Positions 42,921-57,950 of a stretch of DNA of 64,000 bases are shown here, piece after piece (position 1 is the first letter of the stretch; the number at the start of each line of letters is the position of its first letter). The stretch spans positions 1 through 64,000 of the forward strand of contig NIVC01002144.1 in NCBI GenBank assembly GCA_002269645.1, written 5' to 3'. Made by a program: the position numbers and the translations under genes. Source of the DNA: Macrostomum lignano. Its lineage: Eukaryota. The notes under the pieces were generated by a model. It had not been told where the DNA came from, made no database searches, and saw only the letters and a program-made list of their open reading frames with translations.

Positions 42921-44289
42921 CGGTATTCTTATAGCGAGGGAATTTCGATAATCTTGAAGTTAAAGTTGGAGTCTGACAAATCCTAGAGTTAATGGACGCT
43001 GAGGTTCTTAGAGTTAGGAGAATGAGATTATATAAGATTTCTGCTTTCAGAGTCTGCCCCGGTAAGTTGCAGACTCGACAGCAGACTCCGAAGCAAATCG
43101 CATGTTACTCACGTCCAATATTGTCCATTCCGAGCGATGCTTTATCGCATTGAATAAAGTAGCAAAAGTGCTGGCAGATTTCACTGTAGAATGGAACCGT
43201 TGGGGGGGGGGTTTAAAAATTAAATGCAAATTTGTCACTGCAGCTTTTATGCAGCTGATGGTTAGCAAACAGCGACAGTACTTGCGGTTGCTAGGCGCCC
43301 GAGACCCCGTTGCTAAGTAAAACCTTAATGAGTCCAGATTGGAGCACATAGCCATAATTATTCCCAAGTATTCCCAATAGTTGGTTGCTATTGGCAACTA
43401 ATGGAGTACACAGAAGTTTGCTCTCTCTTTAATCAAGAGTGCGACATGCACATGGGACTTCTGAATCGTTGTGAGCGGAAATCTCCTCACCTCATGATGC
43501 TTGACAATACTGGGATCAACTTCAGCTCCAATTATTAATGATTTAATTATCTGTTAGCCCGAAACCGATTGCTGATTAACAAACTTCTACAGTTTGCAAA
43601 ATTGCAAGTGGCTAAACAAACAGTGCTAGAAATATAATGTACGAGTTGAAATCGTTATCAACCGGTTGTATTTATGCGTGTATGGCGGGCTTTTTTGACT
43701 GTGAACAGGTCGCAGAACCTGCATTCGCGAGTTTTTACCAACTAATATTAGCTTAGGTAAAGTTTTGTTCTATACATGCGAACTGGTATGATCTTACCAC
43801 TTTAATATTAGTCTACATGATCCAAATTTATAAGCCATGTAAACATCCGCAGTTAAATAAGAGAGAGACGTCTGCTGCTTAAAACTCGACAGTTCAGTTG
43901 TAAACGCTTGTAAAATTTTAGCTGTATTTTTTCAGCTGTAACTGATGCTGCAATGCCGTATCAAAATTACTGATGATTGAGGGCTAAAGTTTGCAATGAA
44001 TTGCCTCGAACAGCAGAAGCAACTTCTGCTGTGAAGAAAGTGTGACAAACAGAGAAATACGAACAAACGTAAGCAAAAAATGCAACAAAGGTGCATGTGG
44101 TCAGAAAGAGTGGAATGCAAGTTGGGGCAAAATGACTCAAGCGAGTCAATTCCGTCCGGGAGTGCTTGGAAAACCGAGACAATTAGTTTGGTGTTTTTGT
44201 TACTTGCTACTTAAAGTAATGTCTCGACGTTCTATTGCCGAAATTTAAATTTGGCTATAGCAGTCTACATGTACACAAATATGTTACAT

Positions 44290-46610
44290 TAGTTGTGCAT
44301 CTGGGTTGCTGAACGTCTGGGTCTCGGTCACCGCCTGCCACAGCCGAGCCCTCTGGAAGCATTTCTGGAAGCGACCAGAAGTCAGGAAGCATTTTGCCGA
44401 CTTCCAAAAAGTCCGCATCGAAAGAGAGGAACAGATGCTGATGGATCTGGTCGACAACATTGAGACACCTAGCAATGAAGCAACACGCAAGGAATGGAAA
44501 TACACACTCGCCAGGGAACCCGGCAACGAAGAAATTGAAATGGCCATCCGAGAAATGAAGGACAGCAGCCCGGGAGAAGACGAACTACGACTCAGATGCC
44601 TCAAAGCAGCTCCCGACGTCATTAGAGAGGAACTAAGAGACCACATTCGCTTCATGTTTGCACAGCGAGTATGGAAGTGGAACGACGAAGAAAAACTCGG
44701 GATTATCATCCCATTATTCAAAAAAGGCGACCGCCAAGACCCCAACAACTACCGCGGCATGTGTCTCCTGCCCATGGTGAGCCGTATCCTCGCGAGAATA
44801 CTGGCCACGCGCATCCGAGATGGGCGGAGGCGATTGGAATACTGGACGACAATCAAAACGGGTTCCGCAACGGCAGATCTACAGCCGACAGCGCCCAGAT
44901 ATTCGTACGCCTCCAGAAGACATCGAAGAATACCTCGCAGCCAAACGAGCACAAGGAGACTGCTACGTCGAAGACGAATGGATCGCATGCTTACTTGACC
45001 TCAAGAAAGCGTATCCCCGGGTCTGTAAACCTCTCCTCTGGGCCCATGAGCGTTATAGAGAAATTGCAGGACCTTCACGAGTTCACCAACTACAAAGTCA
45101 AAATAAAAAACCAGTCCAGTGAAGAGTGGAAACCAGAGAGAGGATTAAGGGAAGGCTGCCCAATATCCCCGGTGCTGTTCAACATGATACAACAAGCATG
45201 CATGCGGAAAGTCGAAGAACACCGCGGAAAGCGGCAGCAAAACTACGAAACAGAAACTGTGGGATACGATGGAACTGGTTACCAGGCCACTCTCTGCCCC
45301 CACAAAGAGCAAACCAGTACAACTCAGAGACAAAACATCACAAGTTCTCAACATCCCTGTTCGCGGATGACACGACTCTGCATGGACAAAGAACAGAAAT
45401 CAATGAAGGCCTAAACATAACGAAGGACTGGATGAAGAAGTTTGAATAGCAGACGAACGATAAAAAACAGGAGATCTTGGTGTTTGGAACAAACGAAGGA
45501 AGCAAAGTTAGGATGCTAGGCTCATGGTTAGACAGAAAACACGACATACAGCAAAGAATACAGAAGGCGGCGAAAGGGTGGGCATCCATCCGCAAACGCT
45601 TCATCAAATGTCGCCTGAAAAAAAACGACTCAAGCAAGAGTAGTCGAGGCCTGTGTAGAGAGCATCCTCTTATTCCATGCCACTCGGCCTTTCTGGAAAT
45701 CAGAAACCCAGACACTATAGTAATTCGTTGACAAGATCTACAGATATATCTGGAGCTCAAAGAGACAAGAACCGTTACGGCAGATGGAAGAACATGGAGT
45801 TAACAGTCAGGACATCAGAAACGAACTGGGAGTGGCTTCGATCAGAGTAAAAGTTGAACAAGCTCACTTGAGGCGAATAGGCCACATCCTGCGAATGCCA
45901 GACGAACGGCAAATTAAAAGAGCTATACTCGGGTGGCTCACTCCACTAGAAAACATCTGCAAGAGAAAGAGAAAGAGAGACAACACCATCGCCTACTGGC
46001 AAAAGCTCCTACGAGAAGCCGGAATAGAACCATCAACAGTGGAACGACTTGCACTCGACCGTGAAGCCTGGAAGCACCTGGTCCAAGAACGAGTCGAACA
46101 CATGCAAAACTGGGAAAAACAGCAAGGCAATCGCAAAGAACGAACCGCGCCCACCAGGCCCCCACACAATACCGGCAGCAGCAGAACCAAAAGCAGACCA
46201 CAGAAGACAACACACAGATGTGAATACCCCGACTGTGGCAAAATCTGCTTGAGAAGGGAGGGCTGGCCATCCACCAGAAACGGCTGCGCAGAGTGTACGC
46301 CGATCCCGTCACATTCAATTGCACAAAGTGCGAAAAGACATCCGACAAGAAGCGACACTACTCAACCACAGAAAGACTTGCCAAGGAGAAACAGAAGTGA
46401 ATGCCAAAACAGTAAGGTGCACCAGATGCGATACGATGGTATCGAAATCCAATCTGGCGAGGCATAGGCGAACATGCATAAGGAGCGGCGGCAGTCGAGA
46501 TCGAAAGTCAAAAGGGAGGAACATCGACGACCACACCGGCGACGGCAACGCTAACGGCGACAACAAGGGCAACAACAACAGGAGACAGCCAGACGGGTCG
46601 GACAGCTGCT
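44290..46610 (+). mobile_element. 5'-truncated, frameshifted non-LTR retrotransposon (RTE-like RT plus C-terminal C2H2 fingers), copy 1
   Basis: IIPLFKKGDRQDPNNYRGMCLL, LDLKKAYPRV, GLREGCPISPVLFN and SLFADDT motifs split over several frames; C-terminal Cys/His finger motifs. Confidence 0.9.
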
Positions 46611-47149
46611 AGAAAGTATCGTGCAGAGACAGCAAAGTGTGAAGACTGTGGTCGGGTTTTGTCCAAAACTAATATGGCAAGACGTGCAGGGGAACGTAGC
46701 TATCGGTGTCCCATGCCCTTCGGGTGAGAACGGCAAGAAGAATAAGAAGAAGATGGTGATGATGATGCTCTTCTATGAGGCCAACCTTCTCGCGGTGGAG
46801 AGCGGACGGGGAAAACCCCGGCAAAGAGGCTACAAGGGAAAGACGCTCGGAGGAAGGCAAGGAGGAGACTCCAACCGACCGACCGGCCCTTTTCAGCAAC
46901 GACATTCGGAGGTAGCCGAACCGAATGTCGAGATAAATTAGGCCAAACCCAACAGGGTAGACGAGGGAAGGGACAACAGACAGAGAAGCGAAGAGGTCGA
47001 ATGGAGACTGCGCACGATTGAGCCGAACCCAGGACCGAAAACGGAGAAGGAGAAAACACAGAGAGGAAAGAGGAGAGCACGGAGGAGGCAGCGGAGAAGA
47101 GACGAGAAGAGAAACGAAAGAAGAGAGAAAGCGGAGAATAAAGAATGGA

Positions 47150-49345
47150 GGATCACCACATGGAATTTGAGGAGCGCAAATATCGCAGGCAGACGTTTCG
47201 GAAAGATCGTGAAAAAATCGTAAGAGAGAAGTGGCAGATGACACTAATTAGCGAGTTGAGAGCTGAGGGAGGGGAGTAAAGACATATCAGCACGGAAAGA
47301 CACAGCTGCACCTAATACACTGCGAAAGCTGCGAAACTCAAATACTGAAGATGGTAAAGAAAACCCCCATAACAAAACACTCAGGTCGCGAGAAGAGAGA
47401 ACGGGATACTCACAAGGGAGATCACTGACGAAGAGATTGACATAGCCATCAAATGTATGAAGGACAAAACACCTGGGCAAGACGAGATACGCATTCGGTA
47501 CATAGCGGAAGCATCACCAAAAGTGAAGAAAGCAGCATACACAAGGATCAAATTCCTTTTTGAACAAAGCGCGGAAGATTTTGACGAGAGTGAGAAAATC
47601 GGATTAAAATCATCCCCTTGTTCAAGAAGGGAGACCGGAGAGACCTAAACAACTACCGAGGAGTATGCCTAACTACCAATATTAAGCCGAATCGTCGCAA
47701 GGATACTAGCCACAAGGATAAGGATATGGGCAGAGAGCCTAGAATTATTCGACGACAACCAATGTGGTTTTAGGAGCGGAAGATCAACAGCAGACAGCAC
47801 ACAAATCTTCGTCCGAATACACGAGGACCTGACAGAGTCCAGAGAAGCACGAAGAATGAACGGAGACAAGAACCTCGAGCAAGATGAGATGGCAATTCTG
47901 ATGGACCTAAACAGGGCATACCCGAGAGTATGCAAACCGATGAATGGGCATTGCTCTCACATCTAAGGGTGCCGGAAGAGACGATACGTAAAATACAAGA
48001 CCTACACAACAACACACTATACCAAGTGAAGGGCGGGGAAGGAGTGAGCGAAGGTTGGACACCAGAACGCGGTCTCAGAGAAGGATGCCCTACGTCACCG
48101 GCTCTATTCAACATTTATCACCAAGCGTGCATGAGAATGGCAGAGAGAGAAAGACAAGAAGAAGCCAAGAAGTCAGGAAACATATGGGGAATTGAGTGGA
48201 GCTGGCCACCAGGACACTCATTACCGCCACAGCGCAGATACCAATACAACTCTGAAAACCGAATCCATTTGTTTCAGACCTCCCTCTTCGTGGACGACAC
48301 CACCTTAATAGGGAACCGCGGTGAACTGACCGATGGCCTCGGAATAACAAAAGAGGTCATGCAACGGTTTGAGGAGAAGACCAACGACCAGAAGCAAGAG
48401 GACCTCCTCTTCGGAACACTAGAAGGAGGCACGGTGAGGATGCTAGGAAGCTGGCTAGACGGAAAAGAAGACGTGAGGCAGAGGATCGGCAGAGCAAATA
48501 AGAGCTGGAAGACAATAAGGAAACGCTTCGTAAAAGTGCAGACTGTCAAAGAGAACACAAGGGCGACTGATTGAAGCCTGTGTCAAGAGCACACTTCTGT
48601 ATCAAGCCAACGTGAGCCCGTTCCACCTGTCCCAAATAAAGAAAATGCAGCGATACATGGACAGAATGTATCGGTTCGTCTGGAGCTCTAAAGTGAAGGA
48701 ACCAATAAGAGGAACATCAGAAGAAAACCAATCAGAAGAAAAGGGGGTGAATATGCAAGATATCAGAAACGAACTAGGCGTTGCATCGGTGAGATCAAAG
48801 ATTGAACGCAAATATCTCATCCGTGTTGGGCACGTATTACGCATGCCAGCCGGGAGACAGACCAAAAAGCAGTTTTAGGCTGGTACAAGAGGCTGGAAGG
48901 AATCGGGAAGAGAAGACAACGGAGGAAACAGACAATTGAATATTGGAGGAAATTGCTACGGGAAGCAGGAATCGAATCAAAGAGCGCAGAAAGACTTACA
49001 CCAGAACGATCGACTTGGAGATCGATTATGGAAGCGAGGAAGAGAGAAATGCGAGAATAGGAGGAACGTCAAGGAAAAAAGGCTGAGGGAAGAAAGCGTA
49101 ATAACCCGAGACAGAGATCCCACCCACCGGCAGAAACGGAAAAGGAACCGGAAGTTATACTGGAAGAGAGGGGAAGAAGGAAGGAGAAGAGAACGGAGCT
49201 CAAATGCGAATATGAAGGATGTGAGAAAATCTGCAAGAGTAAAGCGGGACTAGTGATTCATGAGAAGAGAATGCACCGCGTTAGGGACGCACAAGTGATG
49301 TTCGAGTGCAGCAAGTGCAAGAAAACATTCACGCAAGAAGCTGTT
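47150..49345 (+). mobile_element. Related decayed non-LTR retrotransposon, copy 2, with most of the APE endonuclease deleted
   Basis: TWNLRSANI (APE N-terminus), then MKDKTPGQDEIR, NNYRGVCL, GLREGCPTSPALFN, SLFVDDT and CEYEGCEKICKSKAGL.IH zinc fingers; several stops and frameshifts. Confidence 0.88.
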
Positions 49346-49899
49346 GTGTCGTGGCAAGGAGCCCGTAAAAGGGCTGTTTTACTGACTAACTAGAAGGGGT
49401 TTTTTTTCTTACTACTCTACTGTCAGAGAGCAACCTATGGTTCGTCTTTTTGAGAAACCTAAAGATGATAAAATTTTGTCAGGAATTGCGATAGCAGGGA
49501 TAAAACTAACTGCTCAGAAGATCAATCAAACAGCACACGATTAAAAGTAACATTACTAACGTCGAGAAAAGCAGATACCCCAATCCTAGATTATAGAGCG
49601 TCGTCAAGTTTAAATTGAACGCGTCAAAAATCGGTGAATTTGTCCCGGTTTCCGCTCACAGACAAATAGACAGACAGGTACTAAAGACAGACAGACAGCA
49701 CAATCGATCTTCCAGACACCTGTCCTGCAGAAGCTGGAACTCAGCGGCCGTCAGCTATCTAGCGCTGAGGCCATAGCGGCGATAATTGCTAATTTGTAGT
49801 TTTTTTTTCCTGTAAATTTCATATTTGCGTTTGTGAAGCTTGTCTTGTGGAATCGCAAGAATAAACCGACTTGTCGAATTGACGAGAGTCCTGACGAAA

Positions 49900-50127
49900 C
49901 ATGGCTGCGTACGGCTGTTCAGTCCAAGGACTGGGGGGTCCAAGGACACACGCACACAAACACCCTCAATAACCTCAGCTAATGCTGGCACCCATTTTAC
50001 AGCTGGGTGAACTGAAGCAAAGCGCAGAATTAAGTGTCTTGCTCAATTACAATTTTTTTCTGCGTGGGTCGAAAATCGAACCCACGAAGTCGTGACTACG
50101 ACGCTCTAATCACTAGACTAAAGCCCC
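49900..50127 (-). mobile_element. tRNA-derived SINE, family B, copy 2
   Basis: Shares GGCTGCGTACGGCTGTTCAGTCCAAGGACTGGGGG and the tRNA-like head with 27820-28138. Confidence 0.75.
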
Positions 50128-52457
50128 TAAGCTCTACACACGGTTGAACAGCAGAACGACGATCTAGGATCCTACGGCCGCAAATCCAGCCTCCTCCTAT
50201 AGAAAGCACTCACCTGTTGAATCCTCAACAGAGATGTACAGATTAGGCTTGCAGTCCCATCTAGGGCAGATCTACGTTTGCACGAGTCGTTAAGTGACGA
50301 CCTCCTCGACTGTTTGACGTTCCTTAATCGCTAGTTCTATTTCCGTTCGTGTTATGAAAATTTGAGAAACGAAATCCGAACGAAGTTGGAGCCAACAAGC
50401 AAACGAAGTTGGATGGCTCAGAGACGCAACTCGAAAAACGGAGATGCTGATCAGTAAAACACGAATAAGCATGTTTGAAATCATTTGACTTCATTTTTAC
50501 TCAGGTCTTCAGAGTGAAATAACAAAATAATATCTGCTTGTTTCTATCGAAATAATTTTGCTTCAGAATATGCTTCCGAAACAGTGGTTAAACTGGAAAA
50601 GATTGTCTTCTGGTTGAAATAAATTGTCTCAAGTGCGTTTGTCACAAATTAGCTGCATTAAGATCGTGCTTGTTAATCACTCGAATCTGTCCATCTGTCA
50701 AACCTTTCAAATTCTTTTGAAACAAGGCGTCAGCATGAATGCGTTGAAATTTCTAATTTTTCATAATTTTTTGTAGTCTTTTCTATTGGAGCACCATCAT
50801 TTTTAAATAATCAAAAATGCCCGAAAGCCGCACCAACTACATGTACCTAGAGAACGTTCATTGTCGTTTTTTATATCTTTTAGTGTTAAATGTTCGGTGA
50901 CCGTCTGATGAAGCACCGTTCTCCTTAAGACCACCAACCATTCAAGCAATGGATACTAGAACTGCTAACTTTTATAAATCAGCACTAGTGTCTCCAAGAC
51001 GTGCGGGGTTTGTTTGAGACCCTAGGCAGTTACAGCTGGATTCAATCGAAGCCGCCAATGGTCAAGCACTTTGAGCTTGAGTCGCCGACTAAAATCATTT
51101 TGAGCTAGGGGTGGATGCTCGCTTATTGTACTCTAGAAAATTACAGCATTGTTTGTTTATAGAGCCGGTTGAAGCTAAAAAATTGAAGACAGAATAATGA
51201 AGGGAAGCTTCTATAAGATTCATTGATTACGTATTTTTAACTTTGAGGCTGCTCTGTTGATCATAAAACTTGCGTTCATAAAATTTATAGGATCGACCTG
51301 GTCTTTGGTCAAACACTTTATCAGTGGCCATATTGGGGCTTGCGAGGGCTGGATAACCCTAAGCAGCTTACAACATGGCGAACTGGAGCTCAAATAAGTA
51401 TTGAGATGTATGAGATCTGTATTTGCGAATATCTGATCGCCAGAACGGCAGGTGTGCCAAATAGAAAATTTCAAAATATATGTAAACTTTTTTCAGTTTA
51501 AATTAGCCCTGAAAGAAACATTTGAACAGGTTTTAAAAGAAAAATGTGTAAAACTATAACAATTACGAGCGTAACTTGAGATTGGTGACATGACCGTACA
51601 GGTTTCAACCTCCGCTGATGTCATCCCCCTACTAAGACAAAGACTACCTGGTTCCATCTTAACATAATCTTCGTATGATAAAGTAGCCCTTTTGGGGCTT
51701 GTGCCTAAAACATGGGGTCAACCCGGTCAATCCCAGGACACAGATCGAGAGCGTAAATGCCTGATGATTAGAAAGTCCACCCTTAGAAAGTACACCCAGC
51801 GTGGTCCCTACAATAGTTCCTAAATATATTAGATTAGAAATGATCCTTGTAGGAGTTCTAACTCCTACATCGATGCGTGTAGCTGTTCCCCCCCCCTCAT
51901 GACCGCTCTGCCGCCATGGCCAACAACCCCTCCTGCACTACAAATATACACGATCTTGTACCCCGAATATCTTGTATCTCCGGTTTTGTCCTTTGTTCCA
52001 CCGCTGACCGTTGTCTGAAAGCAGAAGACAACCGGTGTTTTCAACATCACAAACTATCGTGTTATATAATCCTTATAGCCCGTACAGACCGCTTTCACGT
52101 TTTTTTGGTTTGCAGCAGTAAGAATTGAATTTTACATTTTTACACCCCTTACTTTCCGGTGTAACTTGATCTTTTAATGTATTTTTAAATAGGCGTCATA
52201 AGAAAACCTCGCGGGCTCTAATGATCATAAAACCGTCGACCATTCTACTAAATTTATTACATGTAGTTTAGTCGATCGATTTAACGGCTTGAAGGCTTGA
52301 AGCTAAGCGAGGGCTTAGTTAGGGATAGCCACAGACCGGAGCCATATTCTCGTCTTGCTTAAATTAAATATTGATTGGCCACTCAATCAATATTCGGAAT
52401 ATTGTGGTTCCCCAAAGCGTGTTGAAGTGCAGAGGTTGAACCGCACGGCAACCACAC

Positions 52458-52833
52458 CAGGGGCGTCGCCATGGATTTATGGCCGAAGGGGGGGACAAAG
52501 CCAAGAATTCTACATGTGCATTATTTTCAGAAATCGGTGTTGTCATCAGTCATTTTATCGCCGCAGGCACTTATTTTGGCCCCTCAGACACTCATTTTGG
52601 CCCCGCAGGCACTCATTTTGGCCCCGCAGACACTCATTTTGGCCCCGCAGGCACTCATTTTGGCCCCGCAGACACTCATTTTGGCCCCGCAGACACTAAT
52701 TTTGGCCCTGCAGACACTCATTTTGGCCCCGCAGGCGCTATGTTTTCTCACCCTTCAGCAAAATTATTGATTTCCATAACGGGTCACAAGGTTCATGGGG
52801 GACATTTCCCACCCCCCGCTGGCGACGCCCCTG
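52458..52833. mobile_element. hAT-type MITE carrying a 21-bp internal tandem repeat
   Basis: 14-bp TIR CAGGGGCGTCGCCA / TGGCGACGCCCCTG; flanking 8-mers AACCACAC and AACCATAC (7/8 match, TSD); internal (GCACTCATTTTGGCCCCGCAG)n. Confidence 0.88.
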
Positions 52834-54259
52834 AACCATACCATGCATTAAGTAAGGCTATTATACCAATATTGATGGGCTGCAGAGGGCAGAAACGAGT
52901 CGAGCTATAACGCCGAGGATTGTTAGCTCGTTTCTGCCCGATTCAGCTTGTCGGAACTGAATACAAACTGTTAGAACGAATTGGAAGCAAACTATAGTGT
53001 CTGATTTGCTTGCAAAGTGTCGTTTTAGTAAGCGTGGTTGTCGGAACTGAATGTACATTTCACCAAGCACGACCATGCATAAACCGTTTGGAATTGAATG
53101 ATTTCAAATATTTCAACATTGACTGCACCACATTTAACAAATTAAAATAGTATAGCATTTCGCAAGCCATATTGATATTACGAGAAAGCAATTTAATAAT
53201 CAGTCGGGAAACCCAGTCCTAGAGAGATTTTTCGGTACTTTCTAGCTTTGGAGCGACCAATTTATTGATCCGAGCGCCCAGTCATTTCCAGTGTTACTTG
53301 TATCGCATTGGCTGCAAATACATGTAGACGCACACATTCAACATGGAAGCCAGCGAGCTGAGCAGCGAGCTTTTGGAAGAAAATGGAGAATCTTTGTCAC
53401 TGCAGATGAAGCGCTAGAAGATCGAGCAACATGCACAACATGTGCATATGTGCCATGCACAATAAGCAATAGCCTACACAAGCAGTTAATCACTTGTTGT
53501 ACGTCGTTGTGCTTGGGAGGACATGCGGAGATGCTGGTTCGGAACTCGCCAGAAAACATAAAACGGAGGCAGGAATTCACCTAGGTGGCTGACTGATTTG
53601 ACTTAGTTTAGAGCCAACTGGATAATCCGGAGACCAACACAAATATATCGGCGCGGGTTACAAGATATGAAATCGCGCAAGTGCATGCCGCTCCAGTTTG
53701 AGATGGGCATCCATTTTATACACATTGGCATTCTCATTTGTTTGACCCCCCGCCGCCGGTGGGGTGTCTTCGCGTGGTTAGCAACGGCGGGGGTTTTGAG
53801 CAATAAAATCTGGGACAGTCCTCTACATGAATCTGGTTAGGCTGGTTTCGCCTTCTTGGGCAGCTCCAGGTTGAATATGAGTCCGTGGGCGGGCCGTCTG
53901 ATTCTCCTCCAGTTTTCGCCAGTTCTGACGCATGCCAAGGGCCGATCACTCTATAACTTCGTTTGTTGTTCGGGCCTCTTCTCAGTTTGCTTCTCCCGGC
54001 CGGTTTGAGCGCCATTGTGCATGCCTGCGGCGGGGTGCTACTCACAGGAATGAAAGAGGCTTTATTAGATTCGGTAATTCAGATTTGAGTTTACAGTTGA
54101 TTATATCTTAGCTGTTTCTGTTTGCCCTTCTAATAGCTAATCTGGGGGTTCCATTGTGCTTTTCTGCCTTGCACTTTAACTGCGCCTAAGCATTTTACAA
54201 TTTTCTACCCATCTTCTGGCAAATTAAGGTCAAAACTTATAGAGAAGTTCCAATTCAAG

Positions 54260-54519
54260 GGGCCTTTTCATATTGCTTGTTCTGGTTCCAGAACCAGAAC
54301 CAATTTGTGAAGTATAACTTTTTGTCTCCATAACTAGAGGGATATACGTGCTATAAAGTTTTTATTATTGAATGACAATCGCCAAGAAGAAAGTGAAAAA
54401 TCGTGCAAAGTGAGGCTGTTAAGGCAGTCAAATATTAACAGAGTTTAATAGTTATACTGCTGTTTTTCTTGGAATTCCGAACCGATTCTGGTTCTGGAAT
54501 TGGTAATATGAAAAGGCCC
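54260..54519. mobile_element. PIF/Harbinger-like MITE; a second isolated right end lies at about 54885-54921
   Basis: TIR GGGCCTTTTCATATT / AATATGAAAAGGCCC; 3-bp flanking repeat AAG. Confidence 0.65.
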
Positions 54520-55899
54520 AAGAACTCAAATTAAGTGATCAAAAGAATAACAAGGATCGAAATGAGTTTATTTAATTTGGCTTGAATTATTCTAAAAAAT
54601 TCTTACTGTGTGACACAAAATTATACGATAATATAAAAATACGAAATATTTTTTTATTCATACAATAAAACAGATTGGCGGAAATTTAAAAACATACTTT
54701 CTTAGAACTCAAACGAAGCCTATTACATTTATTATAAATAAGTCAATAAATACATTTTGTTTTGTTAAATTAACTAAATTACTAAAATATTTGGATAGGC
54801 TAGGTCTAGATAAATAAAGTCTAGTCAAATATTCAATAGAATTAAATAGTTATAGGCCCTACTGCTATTTTTTTGGGAGATCCAAACCGATTCTGATTCT
54901 GGAATTGGTAATATGAAAAGCCTCTATGATTTTGACTCCATAGATTAATGCATCGATTTGCTGAGCTTGTTACTTTCAGTAGGGTAGAGCTGCCACCACC
55001 GTAATTTACGTATTACAGAACAAATAAGTCTCAGAACTTTCTTTAGTTGAGAACTTTAATTGTTTTATACCCTGTGGGCAAAGAACTCAAGATATGCTAT
55101 GGCTTATGGATCAACAAATAAATAGGATGTAGCTGTTATTATTTATTATTTATTGTCAGTTATTAATTATTAGCAGGCAGAGAGCAAATAAAATAAATGT
55201 GTGCAAGAATCAGCAAGTTAAATGGAGCAAAGGATAAAAGAAAGGGCAAAGAAGGTAACAGAATTAGCACATGAAAACAGGGGATTAAATAGGGGTAGCA
55301 AGCAATTCCGCGGGTGGGAGCAACTGCTGGATGCAACAATGGGCACCCATGGGCATAGCATGGACAAAAGAAGAAAAACCGGGAGCATCAGTGCAACTTA
55401 ACAAAGTTCTGCAAAAAGGATAATAATAGCCAACGCATAGAGCACATGGTAGAACAATGCCTAGACAAGCAGAAGCAAACCACACTAGGGATAATATGAC
55501 TCAGGTAAAAAGGGAAAGCTAATCTGCATTATAGAATACCATTCTACAAAAGGATTTATTCAAATCATACACAATTGTTTTTCCTTCATTAATTGTCGCC
55601 AAATTTGCCTAGATTGTCGCTGAATTTGCTTTCACCAAATTAGTCCATTGTGAATCTCTGTCGCCAAATTTGTTTGTCGCCAAACTGGTCAGCACCCGGC
55701 TTAACTTCTATATCTGAATCCCACTAGTAACTTAATAAGCCGCTAAGCTATATTAGTGGTCTTAATCCTATCCTATGATATGAAATTCTATAAATGTATT
55801 GCCACCAAGCTATTATAGTGCTATATGTTTAATGTTTTTTTTAAATCCCACTAAGCTGCTGCCAAAGTTATAGTAAGCCTAGGGATAATTTTTCTTTGT

Positions 55900-57950
55900 T
55901 CTATTTATTTACTTTGCCCTAATTTATTCCTATTAATAGATTTCTTTTAGTCTTAGATGCATTCCTAAAGGTGTCACAGCTTTTAAGCATTTGCATTGCT
56001 ACAAGGTGATTTTATTGCTCTATAGTGATTTCTTGCTTTAAGATGATTTTTGCTTAGAGTCCCAACTCCTGAATCTTACATATATGCCAAAAAATTCTAG
56101 CATACAATGGACATAAAAATGGCTAGCATATTTGTATCTGGTATATAGAAAATCCACAAGAAAATTGCATTACAAATCTGGTGTATAGTGTAGCTATTGA
56201 CATAGAAGACCAAAATATTGTAATACAAGAAATGGTCCTATATTGTCATAATTAAAAAGGTCTTTTATTGTTGCAATACCTTTTTAATAATGCCTGGCAT
56301 ATATATCATGAGTAAATAGTTTTTTTCTGATATAAACTTTAGTTTATAATGCAAAAGTCAATTTTGCCAGTGTACCATGTGTCTATATAATATATTTTAG
56401 AGTTTGGCTTTTAGTAGGTCTCAATTCTCCCAATTTGGGGTCTTTTTATTGACTAGAAATGATTAAAGCCTTTAAAGATATAAAAAAATGAATTTTGATT
56501 ATCTTTCCAAAGTTGGAAAGTTCAATCTAGAATTTCCTATTCAAATGCAAAGGTGAGCATAAGTTGTCTGCTCCTCTCAGATTTGCATTCTAATTGTGCT
56601 ATTTAGGAAACACATTTTTAACAAATAGGCCTATATTCTAAAAATATTATTTCATAGCATTACATTAAGCATTTTCTACAAAAATATTATAAAAAAGTAA
56701 GTTTCAGTTACAAGAAAGTTAACTTCTAGCACTTGTTTGGATGCTAGAACTTTAAAAAAAATTGACTTTTGTTGCTTTCATTATTGGTCCTTTCTAGTTT
56801 TAAAGAACTGCCAATTTAAAAGTGCTTCAACATTTCTTTAGGAAAAAAACAAAAAAATGTTGGTCCAAAGTTTAACATACAGTTATTCCTCAAATGAAAA
56901 TTCTGTATAAAATATTTTATTAATATTGCATCCAAATTTTGAGTGAATTAATAAAAACTTTTAGAAAACAAAGATTAGCAGTGTATTAGGATACTACACT
57001 TGTAATTTGTAGAAAAACTTTTGGAGACCAATTTTCAACTGTTGATTCTGACCCCTTACAAGTATAGATATAGATAATTCTTGGCCAATAGGTATGTTAC
57101 AATGAGTACAACACTTCAGCCAAATTTTAGTTTGTGGCTCATTCTTGTTGCTCTTCCATAGTATTATACTATATTTTTATAGCAACTACTTTAAAAGTGA
57201 TATAAGTATAATTCTATATTGCTGACTTATTTAGAATCAATTGTAATCTTCTGGCAGCCTTGGAAAAAGTTAACAATTAAGAAAAATTATATCAGGATAG
57301 CAAATAGCTACAATTTGATAGATAGACCAATGCACAAGACATTAAATAATTTGATTAGTGCTTTTGTGCTTAATATAAAAATGTAACTAGTCTCAAGAGT
57401 TGTAAGTCATAAACACTTTTAAAGTGCATCAATAATTCTGTAGAAACATCTAAATAAAGAAATTGGTCTCCAATTTTTCCCTTGAATCTTGAGTATAGAA
57501 TTCTAATATATTGCTAATGGATATCTTATATTAGAAAACTTGCAAGGAGTTGATAAACAAGGATTTGTTTGGTTTAACAAAGCAATTTATAAGCAAAAGA
57601 AACAAATAAAGCACAAAAAGAATGCTTATCAATATTCACAGGAATTTTATTTTTTTTGGTCATAAAGCTAAGTTTTACAGCATATCAAAGCCTAAAGATA
57701 TTGCCCAGTTAATCTTTTTTGTATTTCACTAGAGTTGTTATCCTGTTAACTTATTGTTTAAGTAGTTACTAAAAAGTCCCTTATTCTTCATTCTTTAAAA
57801 AAGTTGCTTTAAAAAAGTAACTTAGAGCTAGTACTAAAAGTGCCAGAAGTGACAGAGCTTTGCCCAACACTGCAATAAACTATTAATTCTCCAGTTTAGA
57901 TGTAGTCCTAAAGGCATATTAGAAGGCCATGGCTTTAGTGCTATATATAG
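55900..57950 (-). pseudogene. Possible heavily decayed AT-rich LINE remnant
   Basis: Only scattered RT-like fragments by eye (FSKAA...LILNK, SNIRYPLAI, ADNL); no long ORF. Confidence 0.3.

Noticed and set aside
43051-43061. 11-nt plus-strand micro-exon candidate (tttcag|AGTCTGCCCCG|gtaagt)
   Set aside because: Good splice signals but no partner exons found; could be chance.
53600-54050. GC-richer island with short ORFs
   Set aside because: No recognisable product or structure.
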